Below are positions 1 to 12,857 of a stretch of 64,000 bases of DNA, in pieces. The notes beneath the pieces are model-generated. The model was not told where the DNA came from. It worked only from the letters and a program-made list of their open reading frames with translations, and did not search any database. The position numbers and the translations under genes were made by a program. How positions within the stretch are numbered: the first letter of the stretch is position 1; the number at the start of each line of letters is the position of its first letter. The DNA lies in NCBI GenBank assembly GCA_050084985.1, contig JBITNC010000001.1:159774001-159838000 (forward strand), given 5' to 3'. Origin of the DNA: Nageia nagi. Taxonomy: Eukaryota > Plantae > Pinophyta.

Positions 1-368
1 AGACTTTGACTTTACCATGTGGTTAGTTGGTAGGTTAAAGTTAGGTGATACATTTATTGTAACCCTAACCTTACCCTTGGGTTAAAGGAGGTTAGGGAGG
101 TGCTCTCAAGCTATAAATATAGGGCCTCTCCTCTTGTAATATAACTAAGTTTTTGGAGTAAGATTACTCTACTAGTTGTGTAGGAGAGAAAGAGAATGTT
201 GTGAATAGGTGCATAGATTGAGAATTGAGAACTAGTTGTGGATGTACTCCCAAGGAGGGAGGAACCACATTATATTTGTGTTATATTGTGTAAATGGTGT
301 TATGTTGAATGATTGAGTTTCCTAGTCTTGGACCTTGAGGATTAGAGTAGGTCTAAATCCTTCAATAA
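1..368 (+). mobile_element. 3' part of a degraded copia-type LTR (runs off the window start)
   Basis: TATAAATA at about 111 followed by GGCCTCTCCTCTTGTAAT. A GTGGATGTA-N-GAACCAC motif at about 238-268 is shared with the LTRs at 2712-3209 (minus) and 45202-45836. Right boundary approximate. Confidence 0.5.
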
Positions 369-2696
369 TGTCAATGAGCAAAATTATAAAAGAAATGATT
401 ACAAAATTTTAGACATACCATGCCCATAGTGGCATGGATTTACTTTGAACATTCATGCGATTTGAAATATTGAAATACAAGGCTACTAAATATTCAAATA
501 TTTGGTACATTTATGAAAATTGAATGCTATTATTTATTATTCTACTAATAATTATTTTCAAGGCCATGGTTATTCCATGGGAAAATATCTCATTTTTCAT
601 AGGTTATTCCAAGCTTGAGTCATTAAAAGTTCTCATCAACTTGATAATCATGGATATTGCAAGCTCGAGGCATGAAAATGGACCTCCTATGCTTGCTCTT
701 CATAGACTATGAGTTTTCATCACAGTATTCTATACATCATGGTTTATAGAACTATGAGTTGCATCAACCATAGTAACATAATTGATATCATATTAATTTG
801 ATACTTGCTCTTTCAATTGATTATTCTCTAATGGGATGTGATATATATGGGTATTATGCTGATTTGTTCTTTAGGTATTATCCAAGTGAGTAGGATTGGC
901 ATAGATCGCTCACCTCATATAGGGACTTCGATTTTGGCTTGCTTACTTGATGTAACATAAGAAGTGGAAAACAAGACCAAAAGGGGGAAGAAAACATACC
1001 ATACTTGACATATAGATCAAAATAGAGAAGTTCACTTTACTATTGAAAAATTTCCTCTCTTCTCTAAACTTCTTTGGATTATGCAATTTCAATGCTTTTC
1101 ATTTCATATCCAAAGAGGTGTAAAATTTAGATGCCTAAAAATGATTTATTATTTATATAATAAATCATATTTATAATTCTTAAATTATCAATGACAATAA
1201 TATATAAATCAAGATAAAGTTGATATTACAATATAATACCATATGCTAAGATCAATGCAATATCATTTACTATGGTTCATGTTTAAGTTATCTTGAATAC
1301 AACAAAGATTATTATTATTGTTGAGATTCAAACTCATTCCTCTCTATATCCTTTTATAGGCTATAAATATGGGTGAAATAGGTTGATTTCCATAAGATTG
1401 GATTGCTTTGATATGATAAAGAACTCTAATAGGTGGTTTTCAACTATAGTAGTTTCTCTAGATGACAACCTATCTTGGGAACTTGTTATACTCTAAGCTC
1501 TAAACTTTATATCTTTTATGCATAACATGAATAATCTAGTTCCATATCATCAACAACATTCTGCCTCTATGCTATTAGCGACATGCACCTTCTAGATCAG
1601 GAGTTTTAAATTTTGGTGTTTGACTCATTGCTCTAATCAGGTGAAGATCTGTATTGAGCTTATCTCGAATCCAATCCCAATCCTCTAAAGATTCACTGCT
1701 ATTTGCTTTTGAGGATTGCACATACACTCTATATCAGGTTCATGCATTTCATGTAATATTATTGAAATATGATATAATGCTTATTATATATTCAATTGTA
1801 TATTGTAGACTATTATTTAATTATGTTATGTTATAATTAACAATTTGAGGTCTAAAATATAGAGAATGAGTTCAAAAGGTAGATATGAGAATATCTCCCT
1901 ACAGTGCTTTGGATGTCATATGTAAGGCCATAAAAAGTTGAACTTCCCCTTAAATAAATCTAATAACTCAAAACCAAAGAGCAAGGAAGATGAAAGAAAG
2001 CAAAGGAGATCCATTCCAATAGCACTAACACCAAACCAATTAGATGATAATTATAGAGAGAAAAAGCCTGTAGTCTCTATTCTCGATCAAGGTTGCCCAA
2101 TGGAAACTATCACTAAGAAGTCTTACCCTCCCAAAGGGGTCTGCACAATGGTCTCATCATTGAAGGAAATAACCCCCTATGAACAACAAGTTTCATGAAG
2201 AAAAAGTCCCATTGTTGAATCAAACTCATGCACATTATCCAGTAATAAGAATATTTAGGATAGAAATCTTGATGTATAGTATGAATCTATTGATGCCCAA
2301 GAAGGTGGATCACATAGAGACTATCTACGAAGCCTCAAATGCAAAAATAATTTCTCTAATCTTTTTGATACATAACCCTGTACCTGGCCAATAATTGTAG
2401 CAAAATCTATGGCTATTTTAGAAGAATAACATGTTGATCTATATTCTCTTGTTGGTTACCATAGATGGATGGATACTCCTTCTGAGTATGAAAATAGAGT
2501 GTAGGATAGTATTGAAATATATTGACTAAATGATGTATCTTTTTAAGATTTTGTAATATGGGTTTTTGGGCCCTATATAAAAAACCACTATTATATAAAT
2601 TTACCTTTGACAAAAAAAAAATTATACTTTCAAATATTTTATCTCACCAAAGTGGATGAACTGTAAAAAAATGTTGAGGAGGAGCCTTCACACCAA

Positions 2697-2709
2697 GCTC
2701 TTGATACCA
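2697..2709 (-). promoter_or_regulatory. Primer-binding site (tRNA-iMet type)
   Basis: Plus strand GCTCTTGATACCA = minus TGGTATCAAGAGC, 2 nt from the LTR end at 2712. Confidence 0.7.
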
Positions 2710-2711
2710 AA

Positions 2712-3209
2712 TGTAGGAATAAAGACTTAAACACTAAAGTCCTAGAGGCCTTAGATTATATAAAAGCTCTTTTAAACATCAATACTCAAAGCATAAACAA
2801 TCTCACAAATTGACACAATATATAAGTGGTTCCTCCAACTATGGAAGTACATATACTAACTAAGATCTTTCTCATTCATAAAGATAACTCTCTTATAAGA
2901 CCTCTTTCTTCCTCTCCTAATGCTAATCCTAAAGCATAACTTTGATTTAACTTTTGGTAAGTAATCACAAGGAGAGGGCCTTCTATTTATAGAGAAAAAT
3001 CCTCCATTAGATCACCCTTTTAACCATTGTACAAAGACATGATATGCTTCACCACTTTACCCAAGGGGCGTGCTCATGAGGAGTGTATGAAAAGTTACAT
3101 TATCATATTCACTTAAATACTTAAGGTATCTAGGGATACCTTTAAGTATTGTTGAATTTAAAAGAACAACCTTACAAAACTTTACAAAAATGCATTATAC
3201 ATTCCAACA
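2712..3209 (-). mobile_element. LTR (about 498 bp) of a copia-type element, followed on the minus strand by a tRNA-iMet-type PBS
   Basis: Termini TGTAGGAAT...ATTCCAACA form an imperfect inverted repeat. Minus-strand TATA (plus strand TATTTATAG at about 2984). It abuts an integrase-coding relic at 3210. Confidence 0.7.
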
Positions 3210-4030
3210 TTAAACACTTTAAGTAGAACCCACTTTGATTTTCCACATGATTCTTAAAAAAATTAAAATATTAAAAATGCCTCATACTTTGCTTTCAAAA
3301 AAGTAGACCCAACATATTCTTGAAAAATCATCTATAAAGTAAGGAAGTAGAAACTTTTACCTAAACTTAGAGTTTGCATTGGGCCATAATTTTTGGAATG
3401 CACCTATTGAAGGGGGTAAGAGGATCTCCATGCTTTGCTTCTTGGAAAACTTGACCTTGAGTTCTTTCCCAAAGCATATCCTTTACACACACCTTTGTGA
3501 TCTTGGACTTTAGGCAATCCATACACCATCTCTTGAGAAACCAACAATCTCAAACTATGAAAGTTCAAGTGCCCATATCTTAAGTGCCATAACTAACTTT
3601 TATCATCAATAAAAATATTTGCAAAATTAGTTCTTTGCTCTCCAAAATTTAATAGAAACAACCTTTTCTTAGTCAATGGTGACAAGCATATGCCCATGAT
3701 TCTTTTCATAGATAACATAATTGTTATCTTAAAAAATAAGCTTATAATTGTTTTCCATGATTTGAACAATACTTAATAAGTTATGTTTCATATTTAGAGT
3801 GTAGTATATGTCATTCACCTTTTTTTTACCTTCATTGATGTGTTCCTTCATAACTCCTTTGCCTTCAACTTGAAAATAATTATAATCTTTAAGATTGATC
3901 TTTGACTTGTAGTAAGTGTCTATTGTAGAAAAAATCTCCCCCTTATTGATCATGCCATTGAAAAAACCAATATCAAGAAGCCATATCGAATTCAAATTTT
4001 GATATGTTTTGATATATGATAAAAACAAAA
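3210..4030 (-). pseudogene. Degraded Ty1/copia pol (protease, GAG-pre-integrase, start of integrase)
   Basis: ORF 3729-4028 has WLLDIG (copia WxLDSG protease-like) and NLLSIVQI. Minus strand at about 3560-3590 reads WHLRYGHLNF, and at about 3215-3260 FKNHVENQSGFYLKCL. Multiple stops and frameshifts. Confidence 0.8.
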
Positions 4031-5989
4031 TTGAAGTGCCTTCCTTCTCTCCATAGTATGTACTACTTCTCCCTTCTTGGGAAGCCTTTCAATTGATACT
4101 CCCTCTCAAAGTGTCCATACTTGTTACAATAGTAATATTACTTTTCCTTCTTGTCACCAGTTCCTCATACTCTTCCTTAGTCACCTCCTCTTTGTTGATA
4201 TGGAAAATGCAATTTGGCTCTTTATCTTGCGATCGAGTTATGGGGGTGCCAGATTGATCCTCATAATAAACCAACCATCCTTGGATGAATCTATTTTCAA
4301 TTTATTCAACATTCAATTTTATTTATTCCATGCCTAGCGAGTCATTTTTAGATAATTTTATGGACAATGATTCATAGACAAAATCATGATATGCTCGAAC
4401 AGTTAGGATTCTAAGAACGTCAAGGATATATATTTTCTATAGAATTGCTTAGCTTGTAAATGGATCTTGTTTTAAAAATTCAAAATCCTAAAGATCACTA
4501 TCTCATAATATTCTTTAGATGCATCTTGCAGACAAAGAAATGAATAGGATCTTGAGATTTCAATGGTATAGTTTTATATAGGAAAGGCCTATCATGGATA
4601 TTTAACCAATTAGATTGCATAATTTCCACATAAAAGGATACAATTCAGATGGGATTCAATCTCTCATAGAAAATAAGATGTTACCCATTCATTGTAGCTC
4701 TCAAAATTTAGAACCATGAGGTTTACTTACCATAGATAGATATGTAGACCCTTTAAAAGACTCATCATAGATAGAAGAGATAATTTGATTTCAAATTCCT
4801 CATTCTAATTTTATTAGGATGGTTCCTTATCCATCATGAAAGGTGAAAAATAAAAGAAAAAGGGGTAGAGATGTAAAAAGAGATAAAAAGGTTCAAAGTG
4901 CAAGAAAGAAAGGAAAATGGTGGGGCCAACTTGGGCTTCCAAAAATTATGTTGGAACCTGGAAGAAGGACCCCTTGCTCATAGCAATCCCTATAATGTAG
5001 TATTTATCATTCGGTTGCAAGAGATCAGAGGCTATAGTCACTACCATACCATGGAGAATAAGAAACATATAAATAATGCAACCATCTAAGGCATCTAAAG
5101 GCTACACGAAGAAATAAATGTACAAGTGCTTCCATGCTCAATTTGGGCTATAACAATAGATGTTTCATTACTAAGATGTAAATGCTACAAGATCCAACCT
5201 CTTATTTTACATCAATTTGAGCTGTATATATATAGCTTTAGATTCAAAAATATCACCAACGATAATAAGAATATAAAGAGAATCTATAAAATATAGTCTG
5301 TACTCAACTAAGTATGATATAATAGAATTATGAAATCTAAAGCATATCTAGGCTACAACTTGAATGTACATAGTTGTAACTTTCTATAATTATGCTAAAT
5401 GAAAATTGTATTTTTTATCTTTAAATCCCATACGTATTCAAGAAATCTTGCTATAGTAAGATCAAACAAATGCTAGAATATTTCTTACAATTATTATAAT
5501 GTTTATATAATCTTGCTAGACTTAGGCAGTATAATTGAGAATGTCATGATTTAGACCAATAAGAAATGATCGTTGGCTCTAGTAAATGCATGCGGACATG
5601 GTCGAGCTTTGGAAGAAGGAGTTGTAGTTGAGTTTGTCTAGTTTTGAGAAAGTACGAGGTGTATTGGTTGATAAAACTGCTTTACTTAAAGATGCCTTGG
5701 TAATAGTCTAGCCGTATTCTAGGAGTATGTGCAAAATGTGAAGACCACTGAGCTGTGGGAATATTGTAAACTTATAATTCCATTGGGTTTCAAGAAAGTT
5801 CTTCTACTTTGGAGTTCACTACACTCTAGGAAAATACGTAAGAGAAGAGTATTTTTGATCTCTGGGAAGATGATTTACATATGCAACATCATTGGGTTCC
5901 AAGAAAGTTCTCTTTTGTCAAACTGCTACTATTATGGATGCCTCTGAAATACTTCAAACATGTTAATACTTAGGCATTTTACCAAAATA

Positions 5990-6760
5990 ACTTCCCTACT
6001 TAATGTAAGTTATGATTTCTATAACACTCTTCTTCCTCTACCTCTTCCTCTTGAAGGAGATCTACCTCTCCCTCTACCTTGGCCTTGGCCACTTGTACTA
6101 GGTTCACCTTCCTTGGATTCAAAATCTCTCTTTAACATGCCCAACATTTGGATATAGATAAAGTATTTCCTCATGGTACATAAGTGAACCAATGGTTTGA
6201 TCATAATTAAGAGTATAAAGATTTTTACTCTCTTCAATTATGATAACTACATGATTCCATATGGGAAGAAGTGTTCTTAACATTTTCTTCATAACCACTT
6301 TATTCTTTACCTCTTCACCAAGAGTCTCCATCTAGTTAACATATTCCTTGACTCTCACACAAAACTCTCCAATTTTTTCATCCTCCTTCATTCTCAAATT
6401 CTCAAACTCTATCTTCAGAGTTTGTAATATCACTTGCTTTACTTGGGCATTACCTTCGAAACCATCCTTCAAAGCTTTCCAAGATTTACTAGATGTATTA
6501 TAATTATCTAAATTCTAGGAAAGAGGCTCTGTTACAAGGTTTTTAAGAGATTATAAAGGGAAAAACTATTTTTTGTCTATGCCTCTCTTGGTTGGTCTAT
6601 TAATAGCTATAAGGGTGCTCTAATTTGGCTCAATATAGCCATCTTCAATGATATCCCAAACACCCTTTCCAATGAGTAACATCTTCATCTTAAGAGACCA
6701 ATACTCATAATCATGTTCATTGAAATTTGGAATGGGAAAATGATTAGTTTTAATAGCCAT
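5990..6760 (-). pseudogene. Degraded Ty1/copia gag
   Basis: ATG at 6760 gives MAIKTNHFPIPNFNEHDYEYWSLKMKMLLIGKGVWDIIEDGY (copia gag N-terminus). UBN2-like VVMKKMLRTL...IIEESKNL in ORF 6119-6331. GRGRGR tract in ORF 6019-6237. Confidence 0.8.
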
Positions 6761-9700
6761 TCGCTTCTCCACAATCAAACACAACTACAAGAAGAAGCCT
6801 TTTTATATCAACTTTACCAAAACTTGCTAAGTTCTTCAAAAAGCACCCACAAGCCTACTCTAACTTAAAAGATCTACAAGCTTGGATATCACAATAAGAG
6901 AATTGAATTGATTCTCATATATTGATTCAAGAATGAAACTTAAAAATATATATGATTTGGAGCTACAACATGAGATACTCCATAACTGAAATATTAAATG
7001 AATACTACACCTTGGAATGTCACAAAGATTGACTAAAGAATCCTACTAATGTAACAACCCACCCATTATGCACTTGGTATGAATCTATTATGTATGTGGT
7101 ATTTGAAATAAATTTGGATTAATTATGAACTTTGATGAAGTTTACATGTATATGTATGATTATTTTTATCGGATTGATACTGGCTTTGAAAATGTTTTCG
7201 ATGCAGATTACAAGTGGGCTTAGTAGGAGAGGAAATTGGAGAATCAAGTGAACCAAGGATGAGCTGGTCATGGGAATTGATAGGTAGGAATGATGAAATA
7301 CTTGGTTCTTGAATTGCTGATAGTCCATATGGGCCACCGTAAATCATGTAGTTGCATATCATATTGTTTGAATAGCATGAAGTTTGACCCATGTGATGGT
7401 TATTTGCACTAACAATTTTACACTGTAGGACAAACAAGCTCCTCAAGTAATAATGTGTGCAAAAATATTATAGTATGTTTATTTAATGTGAATGATGAAT
7501 TAATTAAATTTTTGAAAGGAGAAATAAAATATTTGGATACCATATCTTAGCACACAAAATATTTTTACCCATTAACAATTTTATTTTACTTTTAGAAAAT
7601 TTATTTACCTAGTGAAAAATATTTGTCTCCATGGTAATTTATCCAAAATTATTAGTCTATCATAAGGTTTAAAAAGTCCACACCTCTTTTGGCTACCAAC
7701 AGGGTAGCGATTTTCTCCTTGGGAAACTATTTGGTGATTGGTTTTTTTGGGATCCGGATAAAACCCTGCATTTTTTGATAATGTAATTTACCCTTATTAT
7801 AAAAAAATTCACACCTCAAAATATTTTGAAATACATGTGAGGTAGCATAAAATAATTGATGACTATTGCAAACTTTTGCCCAAAGATAAACATTGAATTA
7901 AAATTTAACCATGAAGAGAATCAATATATCTCCCACCTAAATAAAAATGATGAAGATAAATCTATTTTATAATTAATTTTCAATATTTTAATATAAATAC
8001 CACATGAGGCTTCAAAAGAATACAACTCTCCTAAGCATCAATTCCCATGCAAGAAGTTTAGAAAAAGACTCCCTCAACCTTCCTCAAGTTCTCTTCTAAG
8101 TTTTACCATCTTTATGCCAAATTTATTTATTTTATAAAAGAATTATGCTTTCAAGTTTATTTAATGATTTCTTGTATTAAGCTATCTTATGTTACATTTT
8201 CTATAATATTAGTATAAGTTCTTGTATGGTCTTTTCCATTTGTACCTTGCACTAGTATTTTAATGGAAAAACACTCTTTTTAAACATAAAATATTTGGAT
8301 TCAAATTTAATGACAATAATTTGATACTGATGGATGCTAAGCGTCAAGTATTCTGGCTAAATGTGCGAGACACCAGTGAGATCCTTTTTGCAGACTTCCT
8401 TTCTGGATGATCTTATTTGAATTAAGTTTTATACCTGTTTTAAAAGAACCGGTTGTGCTCGACCGTAGGTATCCCTCACAATGCCTTGTATACGCTTAGA
8501 TGTGTGTCTAAAGATTAGAAGCAATATGTCTTTGATATTTTTTATGAAGCCTTGCTTTTGTGATTCAGCCTTTCATTTTTTTTATTTTGACCTCTGCAAC
8601 CAATATAATGTTTTAAAGTTTTTTTTGAAGGGTTGAGTAAGCATATGTTTTCCTTCTAGAGAGATTGAACTTAAATATCTGTGTCTTCTTTGAATTAATA
8701 CTATAATACAAGTATAAATCTCTAACTCAGTTCTTAAAGCGGATCCATAGATTTGTTAGTTCATTTGATGTCTCCTTCCCTAGAGTTAAGTGCACTCAGA
8801 CGTCTATACGTTATGTCAGATCGTATATGCTTGGTCAGGTTTTTGATTTATACGAATTAAATCAAATTTGAGTTATAGTTTTTTTAGTGAAGCCTCCTCT
8901 ACTCTTTTAATTTTGAATAACAGGGATTGAAAAATTAATGTTATTAAAACCTATGGTGTTATATTGATTGCCTTTGCAATATAAAAACATTAGTAATACA
9001 ATCTTAAACCTATTTGAATATGCAATAAGAACACAAACCTTGTCCATTTCTATTGTGGGTTCATAAAATATTAATATGGACTTCTTTAAAATATGAGTGT
9101 ATAATAATGTTCTAAAATTATAGTTGGTATCTCTTGTGAAAATGATATTCAATATGTTTGATAAAAAAGAAAGTTTCAACATTTATTCATATGAAGGATT
9201 ATTGATAGGTTTAATCAAAAGTGATTGAGATCATGTTTTTTTTACTCCAAGATCGAGGAAGAGGGGTATTCATTAAGTTGACTTTGACATCCTTGAGCTT
9301 TAGAACGAAATTATGTATGAGTATTTTTTTCAATGCATTGTTGAGATGTATACCATGTTTGAACTTTTGATAGGGTGAACATTTTGTGAAACATTGCATA
9401 GTAGATGAAGTGAACAATTTTGTAGAATTGATGAAGCATCTAGGGTAGGAGGTATTTCATTGCATAATAAGAGTTGTCCTGATCCTCACATAATTTCAAG
9501 CCAAGTCCTAGTGCCTAGAACCAACGAGTCTTGGGTTCACTTGAAGAGATGCTTGGAAAATGAAGATGGCTAGAGATTGAAGACAAATTAAGACTTGAAA
9601 TATGTTTGAAAACTTTTATAATAATTGTATCTTGTTTTGTTAAGAGGTTATTGCACTTGTATTACTTATTGATAGCAAACCTCCATTTGTAATTATCTTC

Positions 9701-9987
9701 TTATTTCAATTAAGGTGGAATTAAAGTGTGCCCTTGTTAAAAGAGTTTATGTTATGAGCCATGAAGATAGAATAAACATCATAATCATCTTTTATATTTG
9801 GATCATAAGAGGAATTGAGTTGAAATTGTACATACAAGACCTAATAAAGAATATAAAGTTTGTATTCAATATAATGAAACATAGAATCATTATTGATTTA
9901 CTTATTGAGTATTACATTTATATGAAGTATTCATGGAAATCCAAAGAGATATCAATGTGTGTAATGATCTCTAACTTATAAAACAAC

Positions 9988-12857
9988 TTTTAGAGTATAT
10001 TATACTTAGGTATGATATTTACTTAATTTTTACTAGGATATTAGGTATTATATTTTTATCTTTTTCCTAATTTGTTCAGGATTCTAACATCTTCTTGTTA
10101 TAAGTCCCTCCATGTAATTTGTGTTCCTTAGGTATTTATTCATAGCCTTTTTGGAATAATCAATCAGTTTCTTGAATTTTTCTTTATTCCTTTTGTAGTG
10201 TTGTGTATAGCTATTTTCTTCCGTTTGTATTGCTTTTATTGCAAACATCCTAAGATTTCTTGCAACTCTAGTTTATAGGCTGCTGGTTCATCATTTTTAA
10301 TCCTTTAGCTGGTGTGAATTGGTGTGTTTTGTGAGATCATCCACATCTGCTGGGCGTTTTTGAGGAGATTGTTTAGATCAGAAACCACTTTATGATTATC
10401 CTGTGGTCATTGTCGTTCAGAAATTGTCTGCATTATGCCATGTCTATATGTGTTTGGCTTGCATATAGGCGTGTAGATCTAGTGGATACGGACGGTAAAT
10501 AGTGTGACTTCTAAAGTTCCTATGAGATCTGATGTGATTGTGCACTCTGTCGAGGCATCAGCAATCTCTGGTGTGTTTTGCAGCAGATCGTTTGAAGACT
10601 TTTTGCAGACAACAACTTTCTAGACGTCTCCCTCCTTGGTGTGATCTGCAATCGTATGGTCCTCTGCATCTCAGTGCTTCAAAGTGGTTTACCTTGGCAG
10701 ATTTCTACGTATCTCCTTTTTGGTCTCTGCTTTGCCTGCACTTCTCAGTGTACACTGATCTGGATCTGGCTTGAGTTCTTCACCTCAAGGCCTGCAGTCA
10801 CTAGACGTCTCCTTAGCTCTGTGTTTTTTGCGGAGATCTATGGTTGCTCTCTCTTACAGCAGATGGTGGTTGGGACAGCTTGTTTGAGAGCTTATAAATC
10901 TGTTGAGGACATTGGGAGGTTATTCTCTTCTGATGGGGATATTTGAATTTAGGCGTTCCAAACTAATGTGGGCCCAGTTTATTTTTGGCTGAGTGGGCCC
11001 TTCTTCTGCTAACATGACGTTGACCTTGTGTGCTTTCCCTTGGTGACATGGCATTTGGTGTTTTTTGGCTGATTTGGAGTTGCTAAAAATGCAGCATTAG
11101 CTGGCTTGGCTCAAAACTTTTTTATTTACCATTTAAAAATGTCACCTTGGGGCAGTCACAATATCAGTCACTCTTTTGAAGATTTTTCCCTCCCTGGATC
11201 TCTATTTCGAGTGTCACCAGTTTTCGAGGATTCTTCATTTCATGTTGGATATTTTGAGTGGTTGTATTACATGTTTTTGCATTTTCATGACATGGTTATT
11301 GGTTCGTCTAAGGTATTTTGTTTTGATGGTGTTTTGTCTTGTTGTACTCTTGGTAAGCAACATTAAGATCTTTTTTTAGAAGGCAAAGTTCATTGTGTAT
11401 CTTCTCCTTTGGAGTTGGTACATAGTGACTTGATGATTTTTCTATACCCATCATTTACAGGATCTTTGATACCATGGAAAGATTTGTAAGGGAAGCAAAT
11501 CAAGCTCAAGAACACAAAAAATACACATCATCATAAATCTGAAAGAAGCTCAAACAAAACTGATCATGAGTATGGAAAAAGAGATCATGAGTGTCAAGAT
11601 CAATCAATTGATATGCCTTCATGTCCTCATTGTAGCCAACAAAGATGAGAGGCTTGCTCTTCTTATCCAAGCCTTACACTTGATCTTCGAAATGAAGGCC
11701 CAAGCATGACTACCAAACACATTGAAGCGTGACATATCTGGCTTGGTTCCAGTCCAAGCCTCTTCAAGAGTCATGTGCTCAAGTGCTAGATGGGGAGTGC
11801 AATTCTAGACATAGTTCGCACAATTGATTGCCTCTGCCCAAAAAATAGGAGAAAAGTCTCTAGAATGCATCATACAATTGGCCATCTCCTTCAGTGTTTT
11901 GTTCTTTCTTTTTGCAACTCCATTTTGTTGTGGAGTGTGAAGGACATAATGTTGATGAACATTTCCATGCTTCTCAAGGAGCTCTGAAAAGTTTGTACTA
12001 AAGTACTCCCCCCATTGTCTATGCGAAGATTTTTGATGCAACTAGAAGATTGATTCTCGACCAAAGCCTTGGAGATTTTCAAGTGAGCAAAAACATCACT
12101 CTTGTACTTGAATGCATACTGAGCTCCTATAAAGGATGGGTACGAAAAAATTATCAAGTCACTATGTACCAACTCTAAAGGAGAAGATGCACATTGAGCT
12201 TTGCCTTTTGGAAAAGGGTCTTGATGTTGGTTACCAAGGGCACAACTAGTGAAAACACCATCAGAACAAGACACCTTGCAAGCTAATGACCATGTCATAA
12301 GGGAGGTATTGCTACAAACAACTTTGTGTCACCTTACTTTCTTTGGGTGATGGAAGCTATCCTTAGGGGGTGTTGATGAGGACATCTTCCTCTCCATCCT
12401 CCTTCTACTTCTTCTTTCTCTATTGGCATATGTTTTTTTCCATATGCGGTTTTTTCATCATCTTTCAACAAAGTTTTATGGATATATTATACATGAGTAC
12501 CTGATCAGGTATTGTTGTTGGGACTCATATCTGTGGATATGCCACTTATTTTACCTCCTAGTCTCACTTAAGGGGGGGTGTTAGAGTATATTATACTAAA
12601 GTATGATATTTACTTAAGTTTTACTAGGATATTAGGTATATTTTTATCATTTTCCTAATTTATCTTTTTCCTAATTTGTTAAGGATTCTAACAACTTCTT
12701 GTTATGAATATCGGCATGTAATTTATGCACCTTGGATATTTATTCATAGCCTCTCTTTTGGAATAATCAATCAATCTCATGAGTTTCTCTTCATTCCTTT
12801 TGTATTGTTGTGTATAGTTATTTTCTAGGTTGGTATTGCTTTTATGCAATCCTTTCA
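9988..12857 (+). mobile_element. Internally deleted, rearranged Ty1/copia element (about 2.9 kb)
   Basis: Similar LTRs at about 9988-10250 and 12579-12857. G-run PPT (TTAAGGGGGGG) immediately before the 3' LTR. Flanks ACAAC (9983-9987) and ATAAC (12858-12862) are a probable 5-bp TSD with one transition. Contains integrase-region remnants. Confidence 0.75.
11650..12300 (-). pseudogene. Copia integrase remnant, inverted inside the 9988-12857 element
   Basis: ORFs 11891-12298 (SSPLELVHSDL, LRIDNGG) and 11805-12041 (HTPQQNGVAKRKNKTLKEMANCM, FWAEAINCANYV) are rve integrase motifs. Confidence 0.85.

Noticed and set aside
5560-5950. GC-richer, exon-like patch (similar patches at 7120-7450 and 8330-8520)
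   Set aside because: No recognisable protein motif or consistent splice structure. It needs a database search.
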